Shown here: one piece after another, positions 1 through 13,005 of the stretch
How the letters are laid out: each line of letters begins with the position of its first letter
Position numbering within the stretch: position 1 is the first letter of the stretch
Assembly (NCBI RefSeq): GCF_006345805.1
Contig: NW_021832223.1
Span: 186,001-250,000, forward strand
Direction of reading: 5' to 3'
Length of the DNA stretch: 64,000 nucleotides
From: Octopus sinensis
Lineage: Eukaryota
The notes under the pieces: generated by a model
What the model was told of the DNA's origin: nothing
Seen by the model: the letters and a program-made list of their open reading frames with translations, nothing else
Database searches by the model: none
Program-made: the position numbers and the translations under genes

Positions 1-379
1 ATATAGAGACTGGATGTATGCGATAGCTTGAAGAGTTTTTTCCAAGTCTGGACTAGTTAATATGCAAAATACCCCATCTCATCACCCAGGATTGCCCTTT
101 TTGATTTTTGTAAGGTCTTTTGGATCCATAAAACACCGTCTCGTTAGTAATCAAATAGTTTTTTGATTATAGAATCACAACAACGCATCTCCATATTATA
201 ATATGATCCCGCGTAGTTTAATTATTATATAATGTGATACAATAAAAGGTACATATGTAGTAGTTGGCGGCCACTTTTTAGCGAATTTTAAAAAACTATA
301 TTTTTTTTAGTTAAAAAAAATATATAATTAAAAATAATACAATATAAAAATAATAAAATCCCACGCTACTTTAATTTAA

Positions 380-935
380 ATGAGAAGTGAGGTCAATCTA
401 TTCAATCTACCCACAAATATGTCAGAAGCTATCAATTTCATGCAATCCAGAGGAATCATCCCAAAAAAAGTGTGTCGCAACGGACACCAAATGACTTTAA
501 ACATTGGCAGCTCTCCGGCTTGGAATTGCTACAGAAGGGGCTGTCGAAGTAAATCGAGTCTAAAAACTGGTATTTATATCATTAAAACTCAACAGGAACG
601 TGGTTCAGGAACCAAAGTACCATTCGAAGATATAATCCGGTTTGTCTACCTGTGGGCAAAAAATATATCTTCTATGGAGATATGCATGGAAAATCTTGGT
701 TGGGCTTCACATACAACCGTGGACTGGTCAATGTACATGCGTGAAATTTGCATGCTATCATTGACATCTCGTCAGAGATCCAAAATAGGTGTGCGTAAAT
801 TTATAATATAATAGGCGGTGAAGGAATGATTGTGGAAATTGACGAAAGTCATTTTTCAAAAAGGAAATACAACAGAGGCAGAATGTTGCCTGAGCAATGG
901 GTTTTCGGCGGAATCTGCAGAGAAACGAACCAATA
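380..935 (+). pseudogene. Merlin/ISXO2 transposase, 5' part, with a 26-nt GT-AG intron (789-814); C-terminal half deleted
   Basis: Zn-ribbon-like N-terminus (CRNGH...WNCYRRGC). Removing 789-814 gives [39 protein letters not shown], the typical Merlin catalytic-region motif. Confidence 0.85.
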
Positions 936-1056
936 GAAAGAATTTGAAACAATCATGGAGTGCATTGCCTTACATTGTCCCCCAGAATCAAAACTAAAAT
1001 AAAAATAATAATTAATAATTTTGTATAAAAATAATTATTTTTTTATAGTAATATTA

Positions 1057-2929
1057 TGTCACCGCCACAACTGTTACTCCGCCAGATGTGTTACACCAAC
1101 ATCAAATTGTCAAGTTGGAAAAAACTTAAAACATGAATCCTTTGGTATATTTCTATGAAATCAAAGAAAACTTATAAATTTTTAAAAATATTGATGTTTT
1201 TTTAAATTACAAATACACGTTAAAAATGCGTTTAGTGCAAGTACAAAGGAAGACTTAGAATTACTTAAGGAACTTAAGAGCAATCCTGAGCTCGTATTCG
1301 TCAGCAGGACGCTTTCGCGGATGCAAGATCAAGACTACTGAATTAGCAAATAAATTTGATTTTTTGGATGGAGCTCATATATCACTAAAGATGGACTTAA
1401 ATTAAGATTTTTCTGCAGCGATGAAGCTGAACTTAAGATAAATATATTGAAGTTTGCATAATAAATGTTTTATTCAATTGGCTGAACATAATTTGAATCA
1501 TTTTGGTCGAGACCGGTTGTTTTCAAAATTGGCGCGCTTATACCACGGAATATCACGTGCAGAGATCAATCGTGTCATAAACGATGTATTCCTTGCCAGG
1601 TTTTAAGTTTTTTTTATTAATTTTTTAGTCAAAAAAATCATTGGCTACTAACCCCCCAGTTACGCCGATCATTGCAAGGCGGAGTCGCGATCGGTATATC
1701 GCCGATTTAGTGGACCTAAGGAGATATTCAGATATTAATGATTCTTATAACTGGGTACTTTTGGCTATATAAAGATTAGATTCTTGTAATTGTCGATTCT
1801 TTTTCGAATTCGCGATAGTTGAGTTATCTTTTACCAAAAGAGCTCATGAAATTGCTTCGTTATTTCAGAACATCTTTTATTATATTGGGCCACCATTGAT
1901 CTTGCATACAGACAATGGTAAAGAATTTTGCAATGACCATGTCGCCCGTTTATGTGAAAAGTACAAAATTAAACAGTCCGTGGACGACCAAGGCTCCTTG
2001 GGTACAGGACAGGTGGAAAGGTTGTAAGATAACATTATTCTTTAGACTAAATCAGAGTATCAAAAGATGGATTTCATCTAAAAGTTACTCTGATGAATGT
2101 TTTGGACGCTATTGCGATATAATCAAAGACATTGTTTTTGATTATAACAATACTGTCCATTCCACCACAAAAAAAGTCCCATTTAATCTATTTATGGGCA
2201 TAAAATATCCTATTGAAACATCAGAGGAGGAACTAGAATCATTGTTATTGCAAAATGATGACATAGAATATTTGGAAGAGGAAGGAATGAAGCGTATGTA
2301 AATATTCTGTTGGCAGCTGATAAAATGGCTCAGAGAAGAAAAGGAAGTATGACGAGGCTACTTTTAGTGTAGGAGAGATAGTAATCTTAAGGTATTTGGG
2401 ATGTATAAACATGTAATTTAGGCAAGATAATGACGCTAACAAACGACAATATCCACTTTATGATGGATTAGAGATGGTGAAATACACAATTGTGGCAAAA
2501 GACGATTTTGTAGTAACAATACAAAGTGAGACAGGTGACATGTATGAGAAAATACATGTTTCACGCTTAATTAAAATTGGGAATGATCCTTCTTTTTTGT
2601 GATTCCTTGATAGAAAACGTTTTAAACTAATAAGAGGCTTTTAAAATTTTTTTTATTAAAAAAAAGAATAATTATTTAATAAAAAAAGATATGGATAAGC
2701 CAAATTAAATAGATTGCTAAATAATTTAAAACTCATATTTTACACGGTATGTTGGTTTTTGGGAAAAAATTCATGTTTCAGTCCAAATTTTTTCTATTCA
2801 GAAAAGCATATTTTTGCGAACAATTAGGTTATGCTTTGTATTAATTTTTAATTTTAAAAGTTTTTATTTCTATTTATATGAATTTTTAGTGTAACATATC
2901 TGGCGGAGTAACAGTTGTGGCCTGTGACA
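1057..2929 (+). mobile_element. Ginger2/Tdd-like integrase DNA transposon #1 (degenerate), nested in the Merlin
   Basis: TGT...ACA ends, about 41 bp TIR (TGTCAC(C/AG)GCCACAACTGTTACTCCGCCAGAT), 5-bp TSD TATTA (1052-1056; 2930-2934). H2C2 motif (HNLNHFGRD) and rve core (YIADL, ILVIVDSFS, LHTDNGKEF, QVERLNQ). Tiny introns at 1600-1628, 1755-1779 and 2021-2045. Confidence 0.88.
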
Positions 2930-3379
2930 TATTATTTAAAAAAGGTAATTATTCACCAAAAAAAATATAGTTTTTTTTAAAATTCGCTAAAAAGTGGCCG
3001 CCAACTACTACATATGTACCCAATAAAAAATATACTATTTAAATATTTTCATTAAAATTCTACAGAATTTTCAATTTACACGTCTTCTTTTAGATTTAAT
3101 TTCGAACCTCCATGTAGTTTTTTTGTCACTAGAAACAACTTTCATTTGGTGTTAAGAGTCTCACTTCTTTGCTCTAAATTCTTGTCTTCGTGATTCCATC
3201 TTTTAAAGTGTTTTTTTTAGATTATCAAATTGTTTACCTTAATCTGTTAACAGATGTGTTTGTCAATTCATCCAATTCTGTATTCAACTCGTATTTTTAG
3301 GAGGGTTTTTCTTATCAAAGTAATCTGAATATATGCCTTTATTGAATTCTCTACTTTGAGCGCATGTAAAAATTGCCTA

Positions 3380-6300
3380 AAAAAACTTTATTAACAAAAA
3401 CACCCGAGATAAAACAGTTAACTAACTAATCCGACGACCCGTCCGCATCCGAAGTCTGGAGGCCAGCCTCTTCTGCTTCTGGTCGAAGGAATAGCTCTGT
3501 GAGAGCATTTTCCAGCCGGTCCTTCTGCCCATGTGGCATTAGGGGGCTGGATCTGCGCGCATCAACAGATGCACTCTCTAGAGTTCTCTTCAGGACAGTG
3601 GACTGCATATAGGCCTGAATGTACCTATCGACTCCCAACTGCCTGAGATAACCCTTGTGGTACTTAGATACAATTCCTTCCCATGTCATCACGCAAGGAA
3701 TGACAAGGACCTTGCATCTGTGCATCAACCCAAGCTCGTTTGCAAGAAGGTCGTACTTACGCTTTTTTTCCACTTCCACCGTGGTCAAACGATCTAGACA
3801 TGTGATGCCAACTTTTATGATAAGTATCTCGCCAGAGACCTTATCTTGTACCACAATGTCCGGCTTATTGTGCTGGACAAGTATCGAGGTGTGAATACTA
3901 GTATCCACTTTAATGCATACTCTGGCATTCTCGACCACAGACTGCACCTTATGAGTTCGCAACTTTCTGGAACGTCTAATCCATACTTATTGCACAGCAT
4001 TAAGTGTAAACTACGTACAACCTCGTTATGCCTCCACGTATAGTCGTGGTAAGCATACTACCGCATTTCGTGGCTATGTGGTCTACGGACAGGCACCTCA
4101 TTTAAATGACAGACCTTAGATCGATTCCAGAAAAAGTTTCGATCTTGCAGATAGGTAAATAATCCTTCGGATCGAGGGAATTATTTCCATATCTTAGAGC
4201 CAAGTCGTTGACGACTTAACGTCAACATGCGGATTGTCCAAAGCTTGGAAGAGGGTCTTGTGAAGGACTTTTAAGTTGATCTTTTTAATCAAAGACTCTT
4301 TTTGTACTTTGATCAACCCCTTCACATCTACCACTCGTTCACTCTCGAAACCGTACTTGACCAACAAATAGGCCTTTATGGTTCCAAGGTGACTAGCTCG
4401 TGCCTTTTCCGTTTGCAAGATTGCTACATCCTATCTGATACACTAGCACCAGACACCAGGTGGTCATGCATCTTCAGGAGAATACGCTCACTTAAATGGG
4501 CACTCCACAAAGCCCCCTCCCGAATTGAGCACGTGGTAGATATAGCCTCTCCTTGTTGGCTGCCAGCACAATGGACATGTTTTCCCTCAGTACTCTACGG
4601 ATCATACAATCCATATCATCGTACTCCTGTGGCTCAAACTCCACAATACCTACATAATAGTTAAGCAATGATATTGCATATTCATTCAACGCATGGATAA
4701 ATTCCTTGCATTTAAATGAGTTTTGCATAACATTGCTGCCCGCTTCCGAACTCCCTCTATTATTTGGATCTTGGTTTCTGGGAGTATGAGCGATTTGGGG
4801 CTTTCAGTGATCCCGAGGTACTTATATCCCTCGTGATCTTCCAAGACCTTGACCAGATCTCCACATAATTGCGAGTTAGTCGCCGACTTGGAAAAATTAA
4901 GTTCCAATTCTATTTTCCCCAGGAATTCGTTCACACATTCTCCCATAGAGCGGAGTTGGTTTGAGGACCGAGCGAACAATTTAATGTCGTCAATAAACAC
5001 AAGGTGGTTCGTGTTAAACAAACGTCCCTCATGAGTTATTGACAATTGTTCGTGTCTTCCATTGAGGAGCCTACTCAATGGTTCGAGACAGAGCACAAAG
5101 AGTAGCGGCGACATGCTATCTCCTTGTAAATCCCCCTCTCCAGTTTTACCTCACCGATTGTGTGTTTGTTATACTCGAGATGAAACTCCACATACTCATC
5201 ACAGCTTTAACAAAAATAATGAACCACACAGGCAGACACAGCTTGTGTAGACATTCGATGAGATATGCATGATCAACGGAGTCAAATGCCTTCTTAACAT
5301 CCACCCACATAGACATAAGTGAGTTTCCGTAAGCGCTAGAAAGACACTTGTTGATCAATGCCTGCTCCTTTGCTCCCTGGCAATTCCTCACAGTTCCGAG
5401 CTGATTCTCAGATAGAATGCCATTAACCTCAACAAATCCTCTGACCTCATTAGCCACCAACTTGGTCATCAGCTTGTTAAGGTGGCATGCAGGTTATCGG
5501 GCAATAATCTGCCGGAGACGCTGGACAGGGTACTTTTGGTACCAATAAGTAACACCAGTGCACACCAGCTTGGGATACTATCCGGGGACGCTATATAACA
5601 CTTCTCGATTATATTAAACATACAATCGTGCAATGAGGTACAGCGTTTTATAAAGAAATTAAATACTTTATCAATCCCGGTAGTTTTCCAATCTGGAAGG
5701 CGGGAAACTGCCTCATCGAACTTCTTGCGAATGTCAAAGACACCGCAAACTCGATCATCAAGGGTCTGGTGAACTCTAGGCTAAAGTCCACTTTTCCCTT
5801 GCGAGGTCGGACTTTCCACATACTCCCCCATGTGGCTAACATCTCCGAGTCTTGCTGGCTACCCTCCTTCACCCCATCATCGTGTAAACGGCGATAAAAC
5901 ATCCTGCGATTAAACTCAAAAAGGTTGTTCTCTCGATTATGTTTACACCTCGATTCATAGGTAGAGAGTTCTTCTTGTAAACAAGAATAGACTCTTCTAC
6001 CTCATTCTTTGCCTAACGACTTCATTCAGGTCCCACTTAGCGGCCCTGTGTCGGTGAAGTACGCACCAAGGGGGGAGTCTTGCCTTTGACCCGTTTCCCA
6101 CATTCGAAATGTGCCCAATCAGTGCTTCCAGCTCTACCCCTCGCGCAAAGAAATCTTTGCAGCGATGTTGTCCTTCCACTTACTAGGTTGTCTGGGCTTA
6201 ACCGTCACTTCCTCGTAGGTAACTTGAGCCACATACAAAAGGAGGAAATCTCGTCTAGAGACTCTGGCCGCTTACTCAACAAATGGTGAGCAATGGCCCT

Positions 6301-6840
6301 GTGATACAGTCAGTACTCCACCTCTGACCTTACACGCAGGTATCTTCCGGGTCACTCTGCGGTCCGCTAGGGGGACAGACGAAAAGGCAGAGAGATTCCG
6401 AGAGAATACCTCATACACATGCTTGAGTAATGATAAATCACACTCTGGTGCTCGTGCACTACACTGCACGGGGGCCTGCAGTCGCCGGTTGACTGGTCCT
6501 CCCCCTCGGAGCAGCAGTTCTATGAGACGCCAACTTTTTAAACTCAGCAACGGACAGGGATGCACTAAAGGTGCTGTTGAAGAGCTCAGTCAAGTATGGC
6601 CAACCATTTTTGGGCATTCTTGGAAACCTGCCCAACACCTGGGAGGTTGCCTGTCTTGCCCATGGCTGCTGCTCCGTGCACTCAATGCTCTCACAGATGG
6701 CGCGGATTGCGGTCCTGCCATCTGAGGTCCTGTCGCACACGCGGGTGGCCTGCCTCTTTCCCTAGAAAGGTTAGTTCTGGTAAGATTATCTATTTGGTGG
6801 TGCACACGTCGTCACAGTGTTAGCATGTTGCATAATTTTT
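3380..6840 (-). mobile_element. RLE-type non-LTR retrotransposon (R4/NeSL-like; clade uncertain), near full length, frameshifted
   Basis: RT motifs (VDVKKAFDSVDH, SPLLFVLCLEPL, LVFIDDIKLF, YKYLGI), a zinc-knuckle region (HNEVVR) and a PD-(D/E)xK RLE (HNKPDIVV...KKRKYDLL). 11-bp TSD AAAATTGCCTA at 3369-3379 and 6841-6851; the empty site is seen at 9659-9669. Confidence 0.88.
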
Positions 6841-7416
6841 AAAATTGCCTACAATACTATTTACGTTAGCACCAAAGGTAGAATGTTCAATTTAGCATTA
6901 TGAATCTAATTCACTGACAACAGGCCGTATTTATGGCATTTCCCCATTCAACTTGTTTCAATAGTTATCCAAACTTCAATTAAGGTTTTCGTCTATTTAT
7001 CTTATTCAACATAAAAATAATCAGTTTATTGTTCTGGCAATTGACATCGGTGAAATATATTGTATAGAAACTGTATTCACAAAAGTTATGAAGGATATAC
7101 CATTTCTCAAAGTATTATGAAGGATAACAGAAACTAAGTAAAATCTATTTCTCTGTATTCCAAGCATAAAGCTTACATAATCTTTGATATAATTGATTTT
7201 ATTCTATCTACAATTATTCTTACAATTATCCGTATCCAATACTCTTTAATTGACAAAACTTCTCCTTTTGGAATAAAATTTGATTTTTAAAGAAGAGATT
7301 TCTTTTACGTGAGCTTGATATTCTCTTCTAATGATTTACGTGACATTTTTATTCTATGATATCCTAACTAAAATAATCATTAGTTTTTATGCCCACTTTG
7401 TTATTGATTCCACGTA

Positions 7417-9082
7417 CAGTCCGACCTCTAATTGGGGCGCACCTCCAGGATGGGGCACCTCTTTTTGGGAAAACTCTGTTTTGGGGCATTATAAATTTTT
7501 TAACCAAATTATAAAAAATCAATTAATTTTAACATCTCTATTTGGGGCATTGATTTTTTATTAAATAAAATTAATTATACAAATTTAAAAAATAAATATT
7601 TTAAGACACGTTTCATTTCAAATTTCTTGTGTAATGCCTTTGAATTATGAAACCAAGTTGAAGATTGCTGATCATCTTTTAAAAAAGAACATTCTGAGAG
7701 GAGATTATCCATAATGGTACAATACTAGCAAGGGAACTATTTTTCGTATAAAAAAGAATATTCTTCCATTTATCAAAAAAGGATTTCTTTCCTCATCATT
7801 AAGTGAAAATAAAAACGGATTTGATGAAACAGTTCTTGATATTTTTCAGCGTCTAAGGGATCAGAATGTTCCAGTTTCTGGAACTCTTTAAAAAAATTTC
7901 CCTAACTGTTTCTTCGAGAATGGGCTTAAAACAAGTTTAAAGCTTCAAATGGATGGTTAGAAAATTCAAGCAGAGGCATGAATTAAATTCCGAACATTGT
8001 CGGCGAATCCGCATCTGCTGATCATGCGATAATTTTGAATTTTTTATCAGAATTAAATATCAAAGTTGAACAATATGGAAAGGAAAACATTTTTAATTGT
8101 GACGAAACTTCTCTTTTTATCAAACTTACCCCACGTAAATCATTCGTGAAAACTGGTGATTCGGCACGGGGCTTTAAAAGGAGTAAAGATAAAGTTACTC
8201 TTCATCTATGCTGTAGTTACACTGGAGAAAAATTTGAACCATTAATAATCGGAAATATAGAAATCCTAGATGTTTCAAAAATTTTCTCCCGAAATTTATG
8301 GAATTTTATATACTCTTCGTCCAAAAATGCGTGGATGTCAAGAGACATTTTATATCCTGGCACAAAAAAATTAATGAAAAAATGATTATTAAAAAAGAAA
8401 AATCTTAATGTTATTAGATACGCGGCTTGCCACAAAATATCGACTTTAGCAACGTTGATTTTTTATTTTTTTAACCAAAATACGACACCAATACTTCAAC
8501 CATTGGATGCTGGAATCATTAAAATTTCAAGGATAATTATTTGAATTGTCTAATTGATTTTTTATGTTTTCAAGACGACCAGGATTTTTTATAGAGTCTT
8601 TATCCAAATTAAATTTGCGGCAAGTGGTAACAATAATCTCAATGCTTGGAATAATGTATCTGCGGATATTATTTATAACTGCTGGCAAAAGGTTTTTCGA
8701 CAATCTCCATTAGACTCGAGTTGCATAAATGAATCATCTGAAGAAATATTTAATAAGTTATTGATGAATGTTTTGATGAAATAGAAGATAATGATCCAAT
8801 ATCTATGAGAATATGCTGCGAACCATCAATATCACAAATTTTAAGTTTGATGGAAAACTTAGAGACAAAGATCTTTGATTTGATTCCAGATTCTCTTCAT
8901 GATTTTTATATGAATTCAGAAAGAAAGTGTCGTTAGGATTAAAAATAAATATAATATGGAGAAAAATTAACTGATTATTTTAAAATAATGTTCTTTTCTT
9001 TATTTATTGAGCTTTTTTGAAAACCCTTTTTTTGGGGAAACCTGATTTGAGGCACTTAGTGCCCCATTTAGAGGTCGGACTG
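7417..9082 (+). mobile_element. pogo/Tigger-like DNA transposon, degenerate
   Basis: TIR CAGTCCGACCTCTAA(T/A)TGGGGC at both ends, TA TSD (7415-7416; 9083-9084). CENP-B HTH remnants and DDE_1 motif IFNCDETSLF...LHLCCSYTGEK; QPLDAGII. Confidence 0.88.
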
Positions 9083-9199
9083 TAGTTTTCTATTGATTCC
9101 ACCCATTTAGTATGGAATTGATATATATATTTTACTGATTAAGTCAACTGTTAATGAAATTAAAAAAACTTGCGAAAAAACACAGATTTAAAACACAGA

Positions 9200-9574
9200 T
9201 CACAGTATAAAACTAAAAGAATCTGTTTCTAGAAACCTCCCCGAACGAAAATTGTCTGAAGATTACTCTGCAGCCTGTGGTCGGTGGGAGGCTCGGTTTG
9301 TTTCGAAGCTGCCCAATTCTCAATCTGTACAGCGTCAATGGACGAAATCTCTTGTCAGGTAATTTTCGAAGCCCTCCTTCTTGTCTCCAATCAACGCCGT
9401 GTCGCTTGCCTCGTGAAGGTCTTATTGAATGAGTTTCTTTGCTGTGTCCCCGGTATTGTATAGGAGGATAGGACAATAAACGTTTTAAATATTCTTAGAC
9501 GCAGTTTTATTCAAATTTCTTTTTTAATCCATTTCACCAGGGCATCAATTCCTGTTGGACCACTTAGTTGCCGT
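9200..9574 (-). mobile_element. RTE-like LINE 3' fragment
   Basis: Minus-strand translation resembles the RTE post-RT region (KLRIFKTFIVPILLYN-like, with frameshifts). A second copy of the same sequence lies at 14717-14870. Confidence 0.5.
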
Positions 9575-9677
9575 CAACTCGTATTTTTAGGAAGGTTTTT
9601 CTTATCAAAGTAATCTGAATATATGCCTTTATTGAATTATCTACTTTGAGCGCATGTAAAAATTGCCTACAATACTA

Positions 9678-11787
9678 CAGTCCCGTCCAAATGTTAGAGG
9701 CACCCTATTTTTCCCTAAAAAAGGCACTTATTTGTCATTTTTTGAAAAAAGTTTTTTGTTAATAACAAACTATTGAATAAAAAATCTTAACCTAAAATTT
9801 TTGTGCACATTTAGTTTATAATGTGTATTTACTAAGAAACTCAAAATATACATCGTTCATATGTTAGAAGCACATTTCAATAACGAAGACAAAATTATCC
9901 AAAATTTAATATTAGTCCTTCCTCCATTATTTATGACTACCGAAGATATTCTTCTTGGAATTTACTCAAAAAGCTTAATAACCACACCTGTATCAATGTT
10001 TTCCCAGGCCTTCTTGTTTCATTCCATAATTCTTGAATCGTTGATGCTCCACATTTTTCAACTTCTTTTTTTAAAATTGCCCATAGATTTTCAATTATAT
10101 TTAAGTCAGGAGATTGACTTGGCCATTTTTCATGAGTTTTATGTTGTTTTCGGCCATAAACGCTCTAGTGGATTTGATGTATGACATGTTGCTCCATCTT
10201 GTTGAAGAAAATATTTTCTTCATAAAAATTTTCAAATCCTTCTTTTATAACGCGTTTATATTCGGCAGAGTCGACTGTTTTTCGGCAAAGGACAATTGAT
10301 CTTTGCCCATTGCTTTTAATTGCTCCCCAATTGATAAAGGGAATTTCACAGTTTCAATTGAATATTCTTTCTGTAATTTTGATCCAGGGAGTCTTTTTAT
10401 GTATTGCCTAGACATCTGATTTAACTGAATCCGGCCTTTATCAGAAAGTATCACTAAATTCCAGTCGTCTTGATTCCACGGAATTTTAGTAAGACACCAT
10501 GTATATCTGCAGTCAATTTTGGTTTTTTCACTGCAATGCGTCCGAATAAATTGTTGCGTCTCAAAATTCGTTTAATTGTCGAAAGACTCACTTTTCCGGA
10601 AAAAATACAGCATATAAGAAGATCGTTGGCGGTCATTTTTGGGTGTAATTTTGACATTCTGATAAGATAGCGTTCATAATTTTTGGTTAATTTTTTGTTC
10701 CTTCCCTTTTTTGGCATATCGTTATATAAATATCCGTGTAAAAATCGCTTTTTAATTTTTTGAATGGCACAACGAGAGATTCCCAAATTTTTGGATATTT
10801 TCACCTGAGATTCGCCATATTTTAATTTTTATTATTATTATTATTGAACCAGAAAACCACCGTCATAGCCAAAAGAAAGAAGAATTCAGGTGATCCCAGC
10901 CTCCCTCAGCAGTTCGCGCAGCCTCTCCCGATGTTCCGCCGTTGTCCCGACGCATTTTCGGTACGGACGGGGATTTTCAGGACGAACCTCTCTGTTGTTC
11001 CAGGCTTTTGGAATAATCTTTTTATCGGAGAAAGTATTTAGCAGGTTTGCCGCTTTCACTCGAATTTTGTCGATTTTTGATATATTGTTTGCACTTAATT
11101 TTGTTCCCCAGATTCCGCACGCATAGCCGATCGTAGGTTCCAAGTATTGATTATATATGTTGTTTAGGCCATATAGGCCTTTGCATTCTCCTGCGTTCTT
11201 CAGGAAGGCATTCAGGAAGTTAATCTTTCTTGCACCCGCCATAACTACATTTTCGACGTGGGTTGAAAAGGTTAGAAAGGTGTCGAATGTAACACCAAGA
11301 ATCTTCTGGGTTTTGCTCTGCGGTATAATTTCCCCGTCTAACTTCGCTTCAATTGAGACTTTCCCAAGCCTTCTGTTTTTCGTAAACAGAGTCAAAATAG
11401 ATTTTTCCGGACTTGCCTCCAGTTCGTTTTTATATAGCCATGAACTCAGATTGTTGAGGTTATCCTGTATTCTATCCATGCTTTTAATTTTTCGATGACA
11501 AAAAACCTGTTATAAGCTGATACACGAGGCATTTGAATTTTTTATTAGAATTAATAATAATAAATTATAGAATTATTGCTTTTTACATAAGTGCCTCTAA
11601 CATATGAACGACCAATTATTTTTTGTTTTCAAGTTTGAGAATACTATCGGTCGAATATTTATAAAAACTTTGGAAATGTTTAATTTCCTTTAAAAACTTA
11701 ATTTATTCTTTAAAATCTTTCGAAAAATAATAAATAAGTGCCTTTTTAGGGAAAAAATAGGGTGCCTCTAACATTTGGACGGGACTG
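9678..11787 (-). mobile_element. Tc1-family IR/DR transposon #1, transposase interrupted by a LINE fragment
   Basis: TIR CAGTCCCGTCCAAATGTTAGAGGCACCC, TA TSD, inner direct repeat ATGTTAGA(G/A)GCAC about 180 bp inside each end. ATG at 11532; removing the LINE plus one TSD restores MPRVSAYNRFFVIEKLKYGESQVKISKNLGIS (paired-like HTH). The DDE region is decayed. Confidence 0.92.
10831..11481 (-). mobile_element. 5'-truncated APE-type LINE (family B) inserted in the Tc1 transposase
   Basis: RT C-terminal motifs (KILGVTFD..LTF..HV, PTIGYACGIW), (TAA)n tail at 10831-10845, 11-bp TSD TTTTAATTTTT (10820-10830; 11482-11492). The same 3' end recurs at 56305-56548. Confidence 0.88.
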
Positions 11788-12859
11788 TATTTTACGTTGG
11801 CACCAAAGGTAGTGATTTAAGTGGTCAGTCGATCGTGAATAGAAGTTAAGCTGTCACAAACGGGGAAAACAGAAAAGAAACGTTTATTCTAATATCAGAG
11901 CAGAATCAAACGTCACTAAGGTATGGTGAAATGTTGAACAGAGATATAAAAACATACGAATGATCTGAATTAGAAATAAAAAAACAGTTCATTTTCTAAA
12001 ATTCACTAAAGATTGACGAATTAAATAAAATATTGTAGCAGACTAAAAATATCATTGAGTAGCTTTTTTACTTGTAATTTAGAAGTAGATTATAAATGGC
12101 CGTATGGCCATATAGATATCCATCTATAAACCCTCTATGATAAAATAAAAAGACGACGATTAATGCAACCCTCAGTGGTTGCGAGGCATAAAAAGAAAGA
12201 GCCTATACTTTTTAACACCAAAAAATAAAATTCTCGTGGAAAGTGTGCTAAAATAATTGAATGAAAAGTTCATTTTGCAATTTTCAAATCAATTATATTA
12301 AGTTTTTAAAATTTTTGACCTTCCAAGATTTTGAATCTCAGGTGAAAACGTAAACGATCTGACAAATCTCTCATCTTTCTTTTTGAAAAAGAGAAGGCTT
12401 GGGAAAACTGTACTCTTCCTACAAAAACAGGACTGTCACCGCAAAGCCGTACTGTAAACAAAGCGATGGTTCTTACAAAAAATCGACTACGAAGTCTTTG
12501 AGTGACTTGGTTGAAGAAGAATGCTATCTTCGGAATACAAGCTGATGCACGTGGGGAACTTTTTCTCTGTTGATTGAGGCTGTCTGAGATGCCTAATTTA
12601 GGGAGTTTCGGGGATAAAGGGTCTTTCTTTTTTAAGCTTTTAATAATTCAGGGGATACCCCGAAAACTTCTTGGCATGTCACAGTCAATATTCTACAAAT
12701 ATGGTAGCATGAAATCCAACGGAAGGGAAAAACTGGAAAAATCAATTTAAAGAATGCACTTCGAGACTAGCTTTACTCATAGAATGAAGAAACTGGTTGT
12801 GACTCTGTTTGCAAAGAACGGATATCTCGAGACTCAATTGGTCATATGAGCTATTATTC

Positions 12860-13005
12860 GTCCGGGAAGAGGATTTTCTATCTTATAGACACATGTCATT
12901 TCCTCCCGGATTTGCGTACTGGCAAACTCATAATCTATGATAATGACATTTTGATCATGGATACCTCAAAAAGGATTTTCCAGTCTTGGAGAAGACTTCT
13001 ATAAG
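12860..13005 (+). mobile_element. APE-type LINE (family A) RT remnant
   Basis: Nucleotide similarity to 48730-48830 and 56550-56640 (CGTACTGGCAA.CTC...ATGGATACCTC.AAAAGGAT). Confidence 0.5.

Larger units (their letters stand above)
248..3020 (+). mobile_element. Merlin (ISXO2/IS1595-like) DNA transposon, internally deleted, containing a nested Ginger element
   Basis: About 60 bp TIRs (GGTACATATGTAGTAGTTGGCGGCCACTTTTTAGCGAATTTT... at 248, inverse ending at 3020). 8-bp TSD CAATAAAA at 240-247 and 3021-3028. Transposase motifs inside. Confidence 0.92.
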
